Source: an uncultured Gammaproteobacteria bacterium
GTDB taxonomy: Bacteria; Patescibacteriota; Patescibacteriia; UBA1558; S5-K13
Assembly: GCA_964424195.1 (NCBI GenBank)
Contig: CAYRHT010000001.1
Coordinates: 6,102 to 70,101 of the forward strand
Direction of reading: 5' to 3'
Length of the DNA: 64,000 bases
Part shown: positions 28,968-39,018 of the stretch, piece by piece
Layout: every line of letters starts with the position of its first letter
Numbering within the stretch: the stretch's first letter is position 1
Program-made: the position numbers and the translations under genes
Notes under the pieces: generated by a model
Told to the model about the DNA's origin: nothing
Database searches by the model: none
Seen by the model: the letters and a program-made list of their open reading frames with translations, nothing else

Positions 28968-29255
28968 CTATTTTTTCTTAGTTTCTGATTTACTAGATTT
29001 ATTAATCTTTTTAGCTATTCTTGATTTAATTCTCTTAGCTTTCCCTGGAGTAAATGGTCGATTTCTCTTTGAAGCTTTATCAACAAGTTTTTGAATCTTA
29101 TTGTATAATTTTGCAGCTTCAACTTTGTCTTCTGAACCAAGAACTACATCTAACTTTTTCATTAATTCTTTTAATCTTCGTTTAGTTAGATTATTTCTAG
29201 CTGTTCTTTTTTTAGTTTTACGCAATTCTTTCATTGCGGATTTCTTCTGTGGCAT
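28968..29255 (-). CDS. rpsT: 30S ribosomal protein S20
   Basis: MPQKKSAMKELRKTKKR...AAKLYNKIQKLVDKASKRN follows the bS20 pattern. Confidence 0.6.
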   Translation of the reverse strand: MPQKKSAMKELRKTKKRTARNNLTKRRLKELMKKLDVVLGSEDKVEAAKLYNKIQKLVDKASKRNRPFTPGKAKRIKSRIAKKINKSSKSETKKK

Positions 29256-29376
29256 AATTTTAATTAGTTTAAAGTTTAAAATATAAAGGTATATTTAGAG
29301 CGATAACCTTATGTTTTGCAAACGTGAAGATAATATAGCATAATAATTGATATATTTCAAGGGTTTATAGCATGTT

Positions 29377-30489
29377 TTAGGTGATAGAATCATTAATCTT
29401 TTGAACTATCTTTAAAATATTTAATTCATTTTTTTCTAAATTTTGAAGATTAATATCTTTTTGAGAGAGAGAATCTTCTAAACTAAATGGTCCAATATCA
29501 GTTCTAATTAATTTTACCAACATTCCGCCAGTTTTTAATTTTTTACCTAAGTCATTAGCAATAGAACGAATATATGTTCCTTTAGAACAATTTATTTTTA
29601 AATCTAAGTAAGGATAATTATATTTTAATATTTTAATTTTATTAATAGTAATCTTAACTGATTTTAGCTTTACCTCCTTATTATTTCTAGCTAGATTATA
29701 TGCTTTTTGGCCATTAATCTTTTTAGCACTGAAGATTGGAGGAGTTTGCATGATTTCGCCAGTAAACTTCTTTTCTAGAAGCTTAGTAATTTCTTTTTCA
29801 TTTGGTTCTTTTTTAATCTCTTTGGTTTTAATAATCCCTTCAGCATCAAAAGTATCAGAAGTTTTACCTAATTCAATCCGAGCTTCATAGACTTTATCTA
29901 AAGAGTGAAAAGCATCTAGAAATTTAGTAGCCTTACCAGAAGCTAGGATTAATAATCCAGAAGCCATGGGATCTAAAGTTCCAGCAAAACCAATCTTTTT
30001 CATATTTAAGACTTTTCTTAAAATACTGATATTTTTAAAAGAGGCACAACCTTTTTCCTTGTTGATTAAATAGAAATTAGCATTTTGATCAGCTAATATA
30101 TTTTTAATTTTACGGGCTTTGAATAATTCTTCGTGATATGATGAGGCTCTTTTAATTTTAATTTTTTTAAAGTTTTTTAGTAATTCTACGTTTTGGTATT
30201 GATCATAGCCTAAAACAATTAAATCGGGCTTGATTTGATTATAAAAAGCTAGAGGATTATCTTTATCTCCTAAAATAGCTTTATCTATTATCTTGTAATT
30301 AGAAATATTTTTTAATCTTTCTTCTTCATTAAATATTAATTGAGTATCTTTGCTAATATTTTGATTTCGAGCAATGACAACATAAAGTTCTTTAGCTAAA
30401 TTTTTAGCATATTTAAAAACAGAGATATGTCCAGGATGGATAATATCAAATGTTCCAAAAATTACTACTTTTTTATATTTCTTTTTCAT
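29377..30489 (-). CDS. truB: Fusion protein: N-terminal cytidylyl/adenylyltransferase-like domain (GTFDxxHxGH) plus C-terminal tRNA pseudouridine-55 synthase TruB
   Basis: N-terminal VVIFGTFDIIHPGHISV nucleotidyltransferase motif. The C-terminal half has the TruB catalytic Asp motif KIGFAGTLDPMASGLLIL. Confidence 0.75.
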   Translation of the reverse strand: MKKKYKKVVIFGTFDIIHPGHISVFKYAKNLAKELYVVIARNQNISKDTQLIFNEEERLKNISNYKIIDKAILGDKDNPLAFYNQIKPDLIVLGYDQYQNVELLKNFKKIKIKRASSYHEELFKARKIKNILADQNANFYLINKEKGCASFKNISILRKVLNMKKIGFAGTLDPMASGLLILASGKATKFLDAFHSLDKVYEARIELGKTSDTFDAEGIIKTKEIKKEPNEKEITKLLEKKFTGEIMQTPPIFSAKKINGQKAYNLARNNKEVKLKSVKITINKIKILKYNYPYLDLKINCSKGTYIRSIANDLGKKLKTGGMLVKLIRTDIGPFSLEDSLSQKDINLQNLEKNELNILKIVQKINDSIT

Positions 30490-30536
30490 GTTCTTAGATT
30501 AACAGATTGTAGGGAAATAAAAAAGGCTTAACAATA

Positions 30537-31157
30537 TTAAAACATTGTTAAGCCGAAGATTTGTATAAAGAATAATGTAGAAAAGACTCCTAAAATAATT
30601 CCAAAGATTGTTTCTTCTTCAAGATGAACATCGTTAACAGAATAAGCTTCAATTACTAGTAAGAGCGAAACTATATTAGCAACAATTAATATCCAATTTT
30701 CTCGCTGAATTAGTAAAAAGATGATGGTTATTAATTGGAAGACAAATCCCATTATTAAACCTTTAATAGCTAAATTAGGATTATTTTTAGTGGTTCGATT
30801 TTGAATCACAAATACAGCTGGTAAGAATGGGAAGAAAACAGCTAATGGTTTGTTTCCCAGAGTTGTGACAGTTAAGATTAAAACTGTTATTACATAAGCA
30901 CTATGTCCAGAAACTATTCCTCCTCTCCAAGAATTCCCCATATTAGTTAGAGCTTTAATAATCCAAATTGAAATAGGTGGAAAATACAAAGCTACTAAGT
31001 ACATTAGAAATTCTGAATTAGCAATATTTCTGTGAAAGAAATATAAACCAGCGGTTATGGACAAGAATAGAATAATAAAAATTGGATTTTTACAGACCGA
31101 TTTAATATAAGGATCTGTTTGATACAATAATTCTCCAATACTTTTTCTTTCTTTCAT
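30537..31157 (-). CDS. Hypothetical polytopic membrane protein, possibly PAP2-like (SGHS motif)
   Basis: Six TM helices. The GGIVSGHSAY segment is weak evidence only. Confidence 0.35.
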   Translation of the reverse strand: MKERKSIGELLYQTDPYIKSVCKNPIFIILFLSITAGLYFFHRNIANSEFLMYLVALYFPPISIWIIKALTNMGNSWRGGIVSGHSAYVITVLILTVTTLGNKPLAVFFPFLPAVFVIQNRTTKNNPNLAIKGLIMGFVFQLITIIFLLIQRENWILIVANIVSLLLVIEAYSVNDVHLEEETIFGIILGVFSTLFFIQIFGLTMF

Positions 31158-31281
31158 TTTTCCTCCTAATTTTTTTATTTTGATACTTAAAATTACCTTA
31201 GATTACTTTAATTGTCAATTGATACTTTTTAAAACTTAATATACTATATATAGTATAAGGATTATAAATTATAAGAAAATT

Positions 31282-31866
31282 ATGATTGCTTATTTAAAAG
31301 GAAAAGTCATTAATGAAACTGATAAATCAATAATTATATTAGTAGCTGATATTGGCTATGAAGTTTTTTTAGCTAATAAATTTTTGAGTAAGATAAAAAA
31401 AGAGCAAGACTTAGATTTATACATTTATCATAAACAAAGAGAAGATGCTCAAGAGCTTTATGGCTTTGAAAATTTAGAAGAAAGGGATCTTTTTGTTAAA
31501 TTGATTTCAGTTTCAGGAGTAGGCCCTAAATCAGCTTTAAATGTCATGTCTATTGCTAGTATTCAGGATTTAAAAGAAGCAATTGTGAGTGGTGATGCTG
31601 ATATATTTAAAAAAGTTTCTGGTATTGGTACTAAAACTGCAGAGAGAATTATAGTGGAATTGAAAACTAAATTTGCTTCTTTGTCTACTAGTGGTGTTGA
31701 TAACAAAGATTTAAAAAATGATTCAAATTTAGAAATATTTGAAGCTTTAAATGCTTTAGGATTTAATGACAATGAAGTCCGAGAGGTATATAATCAAATT
31801 CCTAAAGATTTAGAAACTACATCTGATAAGATTAAGTTCGCTTTGAAATTATTAAAGAAAATATGA
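31282..31866 (+). CDS. ruvA: Holliday junction DNA helicase subunit RuvA
   Basis: MIAYLKGKV start, HhH motifs (LISVSGVGPKSALNVMS, KVSGIGTKTAERII) and a domain III tail. Confidence 0.85.
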   Translation: MIAYLKGKVINETDKSIIILVADIGYEVFLANKFLSKIKKEQDLDLYIYHKQREDAQELYGFENLEERDLFVKLISVSGVGPKSALNVMSIASIQDLKEAIVSGDADIFKKVSGIGTKTAERIIVELKTKFASLSTSGVDNKDLKNDSNLEIFEALNALGFNDNEVREVYNQIPKDLETTSDKIKFALKLLKKI

Positions 31867-32837
31867 TTAAAGAATTAAACAATCAAGAATTAGATAATTT
31901 TGTGAGTCAGCAGAGTTACTCACAATTTTTACAAAACTCTTTGTGGAGTAATTTTCAAGAAGAGTTAGGGAATAAGGTTTGGAAAATTGCTTACCTGGAA
32001 GAAGAAAATATTTTAGGTAGTGCTTTGGTAATTGAAAAGAAATTACCTTTTAATTTAACTTACCTATATTTACCTCGGGGACCAATTATTTCTGATCAAG
32101 CTCAGGACAAAGACAGGGTTATGAAGTTATTATTAAAAGGAGTACGAGATATTAGTCTTCAGACTGCAAAGAGGCAAGAAGTATTTTTTAGATTTGAGAC
32201 TCTAGAAAAGTTTGATTTAGAAAATGTTCGCTCAGTTAAGAGTATTCAACCAGCTAATACCTTATTATTAGACTTAAATAAGTCCGAAGAGGAATTATTA
32301 ACTGAGATGCATCAAAAAACTCGTTATAACATCAGACTATCTAAGAAAAAAGGAGTGAAGATTGAAAAAATTGAAGATCAAGAAAAAGCTTTAGATATTT
32401 TTAGTAAATTAATAAAAGAAACATCTGGGCGTGATAAGTTTACTCCTCATTCAGACGGATATTATCAAAAAATGTTGAAAGCTTTGGATAAAGATGCTTG
32501 TTTATGGGTAGCAAAATATGAAGATCAGATTCTAGCTGCTAATATTATTGTTAGTTTTGGTGATACAGTCACTTATTTACACGGAGCATCTTCTAATGAA
32601 CATCGGAATTTAATGGCTCCTCACTTATTACAATGGGAACAAATCAAATGGGCTAAAGAAAATAACTATCAGATCTATGATTTTTGGGGAATTTCAGATT
32701 CTGATCCACGTTGGGCTGGATTTACTAGATTTAAAAAAGGTTTTGGTGGTCAAGAAAAGAAATTAGCTGGAACATTTGATTTAGTTTACAATCAACGAGC
32801 CTACAAAATATATAATTTTATTAAAAAATTCAGATGA
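31863..32837 (+). CDS. FemAB-family peptidoglycan peptidyltransferase (lipid II amino-acid transferase-like)
   Basis: FemAB-type C-terminus LHGASSNEHRNLMAPHLLQWEQIKWAKENNYQIYDFWGI. Confidence 0.65.
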   Translation: MIKELNNQELDNFVSQQSYSQFLQNSLWSNFQEELGNKVWKIAYLEEENILGSALVIEKKLPFNLTYLYLPRGPIISDQAQDKDRVMKLLLKGVRDISLQTAKRQEVFFRFETLEKFDLENVRSVKSIQPANTLLLDLNKSEEELLTEMHQKTRYNIRLSKKKGVKIEKIEDQEKALDIFSKLIKETSGRDKFTPHSDGYYQKMLKALDKDACLWVAKYEDQILAANIIVSFGDTVTYLHGASSNEHRNLMAPHLLQWEQIKWAKENNYQIYDFWGISDSDPRWAGFTRFKKGFGGQEKKLAGTFDLVYNQRAYKIYNFIKKFR

Positions 32838-34126
32838 TTAAAAAGATTATTAAAAAATTAACTCCTAAATTTATTCTCAACTCCTATTATCAAAGTTTGT
32901 CTTTGTTAGGAGCATTTTTCTATGGACATCCTTCAAATAAATTGAAAGTAATTGGGGTAACTGGAACAAACGGTAAATCTACAGCAGTAAATATGATTTC
33001 TTTTCTTTTAGAGAAGGAAGGATACAAAGTAGGGAGTACTTCTACTGTTGGATTTAAAATAGGTAGTGAAGAATGGTTGAATGACAAGAAGATGACTATG
33101 ATTGGTCGTTTTGCTTTACAGAAAATGCTTAGCAAAATGGTAAAAGAAAAATGTGATTATGCAGTGATTGAAACTTCTTCTGAAGGAATTAAACAATATC
33201 GACATTTAGGAATTAATTATGATGTAGTTGTCTTTACTAATTTAACCCCCGAACACTTAGAAGCTCATGGTGGTTTTGAGAATTACAAGAAAGCTAAATT
33301 AAGGTTATTTAAACATTTAATGAATAAGCCTAAGAAAACAGATATTTCTAAAGTAATTGTAGCTAACAAGGATGATAAATATTTTGAAGAATTTATTAAT
33401 TATCAAGCTGATCAGAAAATTAGTTTTTCAATTAATGAAGAAAGTGATTTTCAAGCTCATAGTATTAGATTTGAAGATTTTAATACCAGATTTGTTTTAA
33501 GGGGAGTAAAATTTGAAATGAATATTTTGGGAGAATTTAATGTCTATAATATTCTTACAGCTTTAGCTGTTTGTTCTTCTCAGGGAATAGATTTAAAAAC
33601 AATGGCTAGTTATTTAGAATCTTTTGAAGGTACTCCAGGTAGAATGGAATTCATTAAGAATGAAAGAGGCATTAAAATTCTAGTTGATTATGCTCCAGAG
33701 ATTGAATCTTTGAAACAATTATACAAAGCTTTAGATTTATTTACCTACAATAGATTAATTCATGTTCTAGGTTCTTGTGGAGGGGGGAGAGATAAGTCTC
33801 GTCAACCAGTTTTAGGAGAGATGGCTGGAGACAAAGCAGACATTGCTGTCATTACTAATGAAGACCCTTATGATGATAATCCTATGGAAATTATAGATAC
33901 TGTAGCTCAGGGAGCTATTGAAAAAGGTAAAGAACTGAATAAAGACCTATTTAAGATAGAAGATAGACGAGAAGCTATTCTAAAAGCTCTAAAATTAGCC
34001 CAGAAGGACGATTTAGTCTTACTAACAGGTAAAGGAGCAGAACAATATATTTGTCTTGCTAATGGTAAGAAAATAGCTTGGGATGAAAGGAAGGTAGTGA
34101 GAGAGTTATTAAAAGAATTAGAATGA
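32834..34126 (+). CDS. Mur ligase family protein (MurE/MurT-like)
   Basis: IGVTGTNGKSTAV P-loop of Mur ligases and a central domain with the TNLTPEHLEAHG motif. Confidence 0.7.
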   Translation: MIKKIIKKLTPKFILNSYYQSLSLLGAFFYGHPSNKLKVIGVTGTNGKSTAVNMISFLLEKEGYKVGSTSTVGFKIGSEEWLNDKKMTMIGRFALQKMLSKMVKEKCDYAVIETSSEGIKQYRHLGINYDVVVFTNLTPEHLEAHGGFENYKKAKLRLFKHLMNKPKKTDISKVIVANKDDKYFEEFINYQADQKISFSINEESDFQAHSIRFEDFNTRFVLRGVKFEMNILGEFNVYNILTALAVCSSQGIDLKTMASYLESFEGTPGRMEFIKNERGIKILVDYAPEIESLKQLYKALDLFTYNRLIHVLGSCGGGRDKSRQPVLGEMAGDKADIAVITNEDPYDDNPMEIIDTVAQGAIEKGKELNKDLFKIEDRREAILKALKLAQKDDLVLLTGKGAEQYICLANGKKIAWDERKVVRELLKELE

Positions 34127-34908
34127 TCAAGAGCATTAAAATCTTATTTTTACTCATAATCCTAATAATCTTAGGATTTATTTTTTTTAACAATCGAATA
34201 GTAATTAAAGAATATTTTTCTGAACCAGAGAAGATAGAGTTACCAGAAGAAATTAAATTTGAGGATGTTGTGAAAGAATCAGACGATGAAGAGATAATTG
34301 AACCTGAGGAAATTAAAGAACCTGAAGAAGTTATTGAAGCAGAAGTGTTAGAAATAAACTTAGCTGTACCATTTACTATTCAATCTCCGGATCAGAAATG
34401 GGAGGAACCATATAAAGAGGGTTGTGAAGAAGCTTCAATTTTAATGGTTCAAGCTTTTTTGAATGATGATAACATTACAGTTGATTCAGCTTTAGAAGAT
34501 ATTGGAGCTATGGTTGATTGGCAAATGGAAAATTATAAAGGACATTTTGATTTATCAGTTAGCATGACTGCTCAAATGGCTGAAGAATTTTTAAATATGA
34601 AAGTGGAAATTATTAATTTAGAATCCATTGAAGACATTAAAGATATTATTAGAACTGGTTATCCGTTAATTTTACCTACGGCTGGTCGGGAATTAGGAAA
34701 TCCTAATTTTACTGGCGAAGGTCCTTTGTATCATATGTTAGTTGTAAAAGGCTTTAAAGATAATTTAATCATTACTAATGACCCAGGAACTCGTAAAGGG
34801 GAAAATTATATTTATAATCAAGAAGTATTGTGGAATGCTATTGCAGATTGGGATGAAGAATTAAAAAATCCCGATCAAAATGTAAAGGTAGGGATTCTAT
34901 TAAAGTAA
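34123..34908 (+). CDS. Membrane-anchored papain-like cysteine peptidase (Peptidase_C39_2-like)
   Basis: VPFTIQSPDQKWEEPYKEGCEEASILMV resembles the C39-like Q...C active-site region. N-terminal TM helix. Confidence 0.5.
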   Translation: MIKSIKILFLLIILIILGFIFFNNRIVIKEYFSEPEKIELPEEIKFEDVVKESDDEEIIEPEEIKEPEEVIEAEVLEINLAVPFTIQSPDQKWEEPYKEGCEEASILMVQAFLNDDNITVDSALEDIGAMVDWQMENYKGHFDLSVSMTAQMAEEFLNMKVEIINLESIEDIKDIIRTGYPLILPTAGRELGNPNFTGEGPLYHMLVVKGFKDNLIITNDPGTRKGENYIYNQEVLWNAIADWDEELKNPDQNVKVGILLK

Positions 34909-34925
34909 GTTTATTTATTCTCAAA

Positions 34926-34955
34926 TAAAAAACCCCTCACTGAGTGAGGGGTTTT
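34926..34955. terminator. Bidirectional terminator AAAAAACCCCTCACTGAGTGAGGGGTTTT
   Basis: 9-bp GC-rich stem flanked by A and T runs between convergent genes. Confidence 0.7.
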
Positions 34956-34971
34956 AAAAGTATAAAGGAAC

Positions 34972-35247
34972 TTATCCTCTGATAGCATCTTTGAATGATT
35001 TACCAGCTTTGAACTTAGGTACAGTTCTAGCAGGGATTTGAATCTTAGCACCAGTTTGAGGATTAACACCATTTCTAGCTTTCATGTTTCTAGCTTCGAA
35101 TGTTCCGAATCCAGTTAGAGTAACTTTATCTCCACTTTTTAATGTTTCGATAACTACTGCTTCAAAAGCGTTAACTGCATTTTCAGCATCTTTCTTTGTT
35201 AGTTCGCCTTTGTTAGCGATTGCTTCTACTAATTCCATCTTATTCAT
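34972..35247 (-). CDS. hup: HU-family DNA-binding protein
   Basis: MNKMELVEAIA...GFGTFEARNMKARNGVNPQTG matches the HU/IHF fold signature. Confidence 0.85.
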   Translation of the reverse strand: MNKMELVEAIANKGELTKKDAENAVNAFEAVVIETLKSGDKVTLTGFGTFEARNMKARNGVNPQTGAKIQIPARTVPKFKAGKSFKDAIRG

Positions 35248-35278
35248 ATTTTTTTACCCTTTCTCCCGTAAACGGGAT

Positions 35279-35294
35279 TTCCCATATATGGGAA
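35279..35294. promoter_or_regulatory. 16-bp perfect palindrome TTCCCATATATGGGAA (plus the adjacent CCCG-TAAA-CGGG hairpin) in the hup upstream/5'-UTR region
   Basis: Direct inspection, 30-50 bp upstream of the hup start. Confidence 0.3.
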
Positions 35295-35314
35295 CTTAAT
35301 TAGTTTATTTTAAT

Positions 35315-36103
35315 TTAAATAACTGTCTTTTCTTTTATTACCTTTATTTTACTACCTTTTGAATTTAATTCAAGTAGAATAGCGTTAATGGTAACTTTTC
35401 CTTCTAAAGGAATATCAAATACAATCTTAGAATCATTAAGGAACTTATCAATGATAATATCCTTTTCAACTCCAATTACTGACTCCTGAGCACCAACCAT
35501 TCCAACATCACTGATGTATGAAGTTCCTTTAGGAAGTTGACGAGCATCATTAGTTTGAATATGAGTATGAGTTCCTAGAACAGCTTCTATTCGTCCATCA
35601 GCATAGTGTCCCATAGCAACTTTCTCACTAGTTGCTTCAGCATGAAAGTCGAGGATAGTGTAATCAGCTTTGTATTTTTTAGTCTCTTTCAATAATTTAT
35701 CTAGAGTTTTAAAAGGACATTCTATCTTTTGCTCATCAATAAAGGTTTTACCCAATAAGTTTAGCACAATTAAGCTATTTTTACCAAATGTAATTAATTT
35801 GTATCCAAAACCTTGGGGAGTACGAGGGTCATTGGCTGGAGCAATGATATCAAATTCTTTAGAACTGAAGATTGCTTTAGTATTGCCTTTGGAGTAAACA
35901 TGATTTCCAGATGTAAAAAAATCTACACCCGCTTCTTGCATCTGTTTCAATATTTTTTCACTTACTCCTTTACCATGAGCTAAATTCTCAGCATTGATAA
36001 TTACTAAGTCAGCTTGGTATTTCTTTTTTAGGGATGGTATTTCTTTTTGAAGAGCTTTTCTTCCAATACTACCCATTACGTCACCAAAGAATAGGATTTT
36101 CAT
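35315..36103 (-). CDS. ymdB: YmdB-like metallophosphoesterase (2',3'-cyclic nucleotide phosphodiesterase family)
   Basis: MKILFFGDVMGSIGRKAL and GNHVYSK motifs. The gene lies downstream of rny, as in Firmicutes. Confidence 0.75.
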   Translation of the reverse strand: MKILFFGDVMGSIGRKALQKEIPSLKKKYQADLVIINAENLAHGKGVSEKILKQMQEAGVDFFTSGNHVYSKGNTKAIFSSKEFDIIAPANDPRTPQGFGYKLITFGKNSLIVLNLLGKTFIDEQKIECPFKTLDKLLKETKKYKADYTILDFHAEATSEKVAMGHYADGRIEAVLGTHTHIQTNDARQLPKGTSYISDVGMVGAQESVIGVEKDIIIDKFLNDSKIVFDIPLEGKVTINAILLELNSKGSKIKVIKEKTVI

Positions 36104-36124
36104 ATATTTGATAAAGATTTAATT

Positions 36125-37651
36125 TTATCGAGCGTATTCAGTGATTCTAGTTTCTCGAATAACATTCACTTTAATTTCACCAGGATATTTTAACTCTTCT
36201 TCTATTTTGTTAGCAATATTTTTAGCTAACTTAATTGAAGCTAAATCATCAATCTTTTCTGGTTCAACAAAGATTCTAACTTCTCTACCAGCTTGAATAG
36301 CATAAGACTTGTCTACTCCTTCGAAAGAATTAGTAATCTTTTCTAATTCACCTAATCTTTGAAGGAAGTTTTCAAAAGTATCTTTACGAGCACCAGGACG
36401 AGCACCAGAGATAGCATCAGCTATTTTAACAATCAAAGATTCTAGAGTAGGTGGTTGATCATCATGATGACATTTAGCACAAAGAGCTATATCTTCACTC
36501 ATTTCAAATTTCTTTAAAACATCATACCCTATTTCTGGATGAGTTCCTTTGATTTCGTGATCAAGAGCTTTACCAATATCATGGAATAGTCCACCTTTCT
36601 TAGCTACGGCAACATCAGCACCTAGTTCTTCAGCTAGTAAGCCAGATAAATGGGCTACTTCTAAAGAATGTTGCAATTGATTTTGTCCGTAGGATGTTCG
36701 ATATTTTAATCTACCTAGTAATTGAACTAATTTAGTATCTACAGCTGGAATCCCAACTTCATACATAGCATTATCACCAGCTTTTTTAATATCCAAAGCT
36801 AATTCTTTCTTTTGTTCTTCAATAGTTTGTTCAATTCTACCAGGATGAATTCGACCATCTAAAACTAACTTATCAAGAACTCTCTTAGCTAATTGTCTTC
36901 GAATTGGATTGAATCCAGAAACTACAATTACATCAGGAGTATCATCAATGATAATTTCTACTCCAGTTAATTTTTCAATAGTTCGAATATTTCTTCCTTC
37001 TCGACCAATAATTCTACCTTTCATTTCATCAGAAGGAATAGGGACAGTAGTAGTGGTAGTTTCAGTAGCATGAGAAATAGCACATCTTTGAATAGTAATT
37101 GATAAGAGGTCCTTAGCTCTCTTTTCTAATTCTTCATTAGATTCTTGTTCTAATTTCTTAATTCTAGCTACTAATTCTTCTTTAATAGTATTCTCTGTCT
37201 TTTCTAAGAGTAATTCTTTAGCCTCTTCTTGATTCATTTTGGAAATATTTTCTAATCTTTCCATTTGCATCTTTTGAATACTTTTGATTTCTTGTTTGAT
37301 ATTTTCAATTCTCTTAGTCTTATCAAGAATATCTTGTTGTTTATTCTCAATATCAAGCAGTTTCTTATCAAACAAAGATTCTCTCTTTTCTAATCTTTTT
37401 TGAGCATGAGCAGTTTCTCTTCTTCGTTGTTGCTCTTCTTTCTTAGCTTCATCCATAATGGATACAGCTTTTTCTTTAGCATGTAATAATATATCCTGTT
37501 GTTTTTCTTTAGCCTTGTCTAGGATTTCTTCAGCTTTTTTTTCAGCACTGTTTACAGCATTGACGCTGATCTTTTTTCTAAAAACATATCCTAGAAAAAA
37601 GCCTAAAGCTAAAACAATCAGTGATACAAAATAGGTTACTGATTCTAACAT
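36125..37651 (-). CDS. rny: Ribonuclease Y
   Basis: N-terminal TM helix and coiled-coil, KH domain (GRIIGREGRNIR) and HD domain (HSLEVAHLSG...HDIGK). Confidence 0.9.
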   Translation of the reverse strand: MLESVTYFVSLIVLALGFFLGYVFRKKISVNAVNSAEKKAEEILDKAKEKQQDILLHAKEKAVSIMDEAKKEEQQRRRETAHAQKRLEKRESLFDKKLLDIENKQQDILDKTKRIENIKQEIKSIQKMQMERLENISKMNQEEAKELLLEKTENTIKEELVARIKKLEQESNEELEKRAKDLLSITIQRCAISHATETTTTTVPIPSDEMKGRIIGREGRNIRTIEKLTGVEIIIDDTPDVIVVSGFNPIRRQLAKRVLDKLVLDGRIHPGRIEQTIEEQKKELALDIKKAGDNAMYEVGIPAVDTKLVQLLGRLKYRTSYGQNQLQHSLEVAHLSGLLAEELGADVAVAKKGGLFHDIGKALDHEIKGTHPEIGYDVLKKFEMSEDIALCAKCHHDDQPPTLESLIVKIADAISGARPGARKDTFENFLQRLGELEKITNSFEGVDKSYAIQAGREVRIFVEPEKIDDLASIKLAKNIANKIEEELKYPGEIKVNVIRETRITEYAR

Positions 37652-38039
37652 TTGTTTAACTTTCTAATTTTTTGGCAGAGTTCTTAATATAGCAAAAACA
37701 ATAGCTTACTGTGTTTTCGGCTTATCCAAGTGTCTAATTGTTTTATTTGATGTAATTAAGTTTGATAGTTTTAACATAATATAGCTATTTTAGAGGGATT
37801 GCTACTATTTCTAGAATTTCTGTCCAAAAGTTATTTTTTAATTTTTACTAAATTTAGATTAGCATGTATTAATATTAATTTCAAGGGGGAGGATATAAAA
37901 AAGCTTGACAAGATATATAACATGTGATATAGTTATATATTCAGCAAAGCCTTATAAAAAAGTGTAGCTGAATCATAAAAAGGCGCGGACTAAGTCTGCT
38001 TAAATCTACAAAGCCATTTTATGTATCCTGGGAGGATAA

Positions 38040-38462
38040 ATGAAAAAGATAATCTTAATTTTAGTAGTATTTGTGTTGATGATGACCGGTTGTTCTGTTA
38101 AGCATTTTGATTATTCTCCTTTTCCAGAAAAAGGGGAATATAAAAAAATAATAGTCGCAGATTGTCACAAGATTTCTCCTAAATATGCCGATGACTTCCA
38201 TCGTTTTGGTTTAGATTCTTGTTCCATCTATGAAGCATACGGAGTGAGATTTCCTTTAAAGGGGTCTGATAAAGCTTTAATTCTGTATAGTTTTATTAAG
38301 CAAGAGTTTGATGTTCAACTTGTTGATTTAGATGAGGAAACTAAACTATTAATCGATGAAGATGATTACCTGTGGCTTATTTTTAAAGGAAATCGTTTTT
38401 CAAGAACGGAACTTAGAAAAATTCAAAAAATAGACATGTTAGTAGTCTATATTCTTGGATAG
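38040..38462 (+). CDS. Hypothetical lipoprotein
   Basis: Signal peptide with MMTGC lipobox. Confidence 0.5.
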   Translation: MKKIILILVVFVLMMTGCSVKHFDYSPFPEKGEYKKIIVADCHKISPKYADDFHRFGLDSCSIYEAYGVRFPLKGSDKALILYSFIKQEFDVQLVDLDEETKLLIDEDDYLWLIFKGNRFSRTELRKIQKIDMLVVYILG

Positions 38463-38561
38463 TTCTGTTGGCCATCATTCATTAAAACCAATGCTTAAAG
38501 GTCTTAATGATTTAAAAAATCGTAGAAAGCATAATAATCAGTTTAGTTAAAAGGAGGAATT

Positions 38562-38648
38562 ATGAATTATAATTTCTTTATTGAACTAAAAGCCTGCGTA
38601 TCTAAATATCGTAGGCTTTTTTTATTTAACAGAATAAGTAGGGTATAA
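38562..38648 (+). CDS. Small ORF (28 aa, MNYNFFIELKACVSKYRRLFLFNRISRV) with a perfect AAGGAGG SD site
   Basis: SD AAGGAGG sits 6 nt upstream of ATG. The ORF body contains a terminator-like hairpin GCCTGCG...CGTAGGC followed by a T-run. Confidence 0.3.
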   Translation: MNYNFFIELKACVSKYRRLFLFNRISRV

Positions 38649-38675
38649 TATAAGTATTATTTAAACTATATTAAA

Positions 38676-38951
38676 ATGAATTTAAAACAGATTATCATTA
38701 TCATTATCATTATTATTCTAATTAACATTATTGCTTTTGTTTTAATGATAATGGATAAGAGAAAATCAATTCTTAAAAATTATCGAATAAAAGAAGTCCA
38801 TTTATTTTTTCTAGCTATTTGTTTTGGTAGTGTAGGGATATTTCTAGGGATGCATTTAGTTAGGCATAAAAATAGAAGATGGTATTTTAATCTTGGAATT
38901 CCTTTGTTAATTATTCAACAAGTAATTATTGTTTGGGGAATTTATAGATAA
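38676..38951 (+). CDS. DUF1294-family small membrane protein
   Basis: LFFLAICFGSVGIFLGMHLVRHKNRRWYF is typical of DUF1294. Confidence 0.55.
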   Translation: MNLKQIIIIIIIIILINIIAFVLMIMDKRKSILKNYRIKEVHLFFLAICFGSVGIFLGMHLVRHKNRRWYFNLGIPLLIIQQVIIVWGIYR

Positions 38952-39018
38952 TTTCTTGACAAATAGTGGCAGAAGATATAAGTTGTAAAAAAGAAAATAA
39001 GTATATAAAAGGAGGAAA

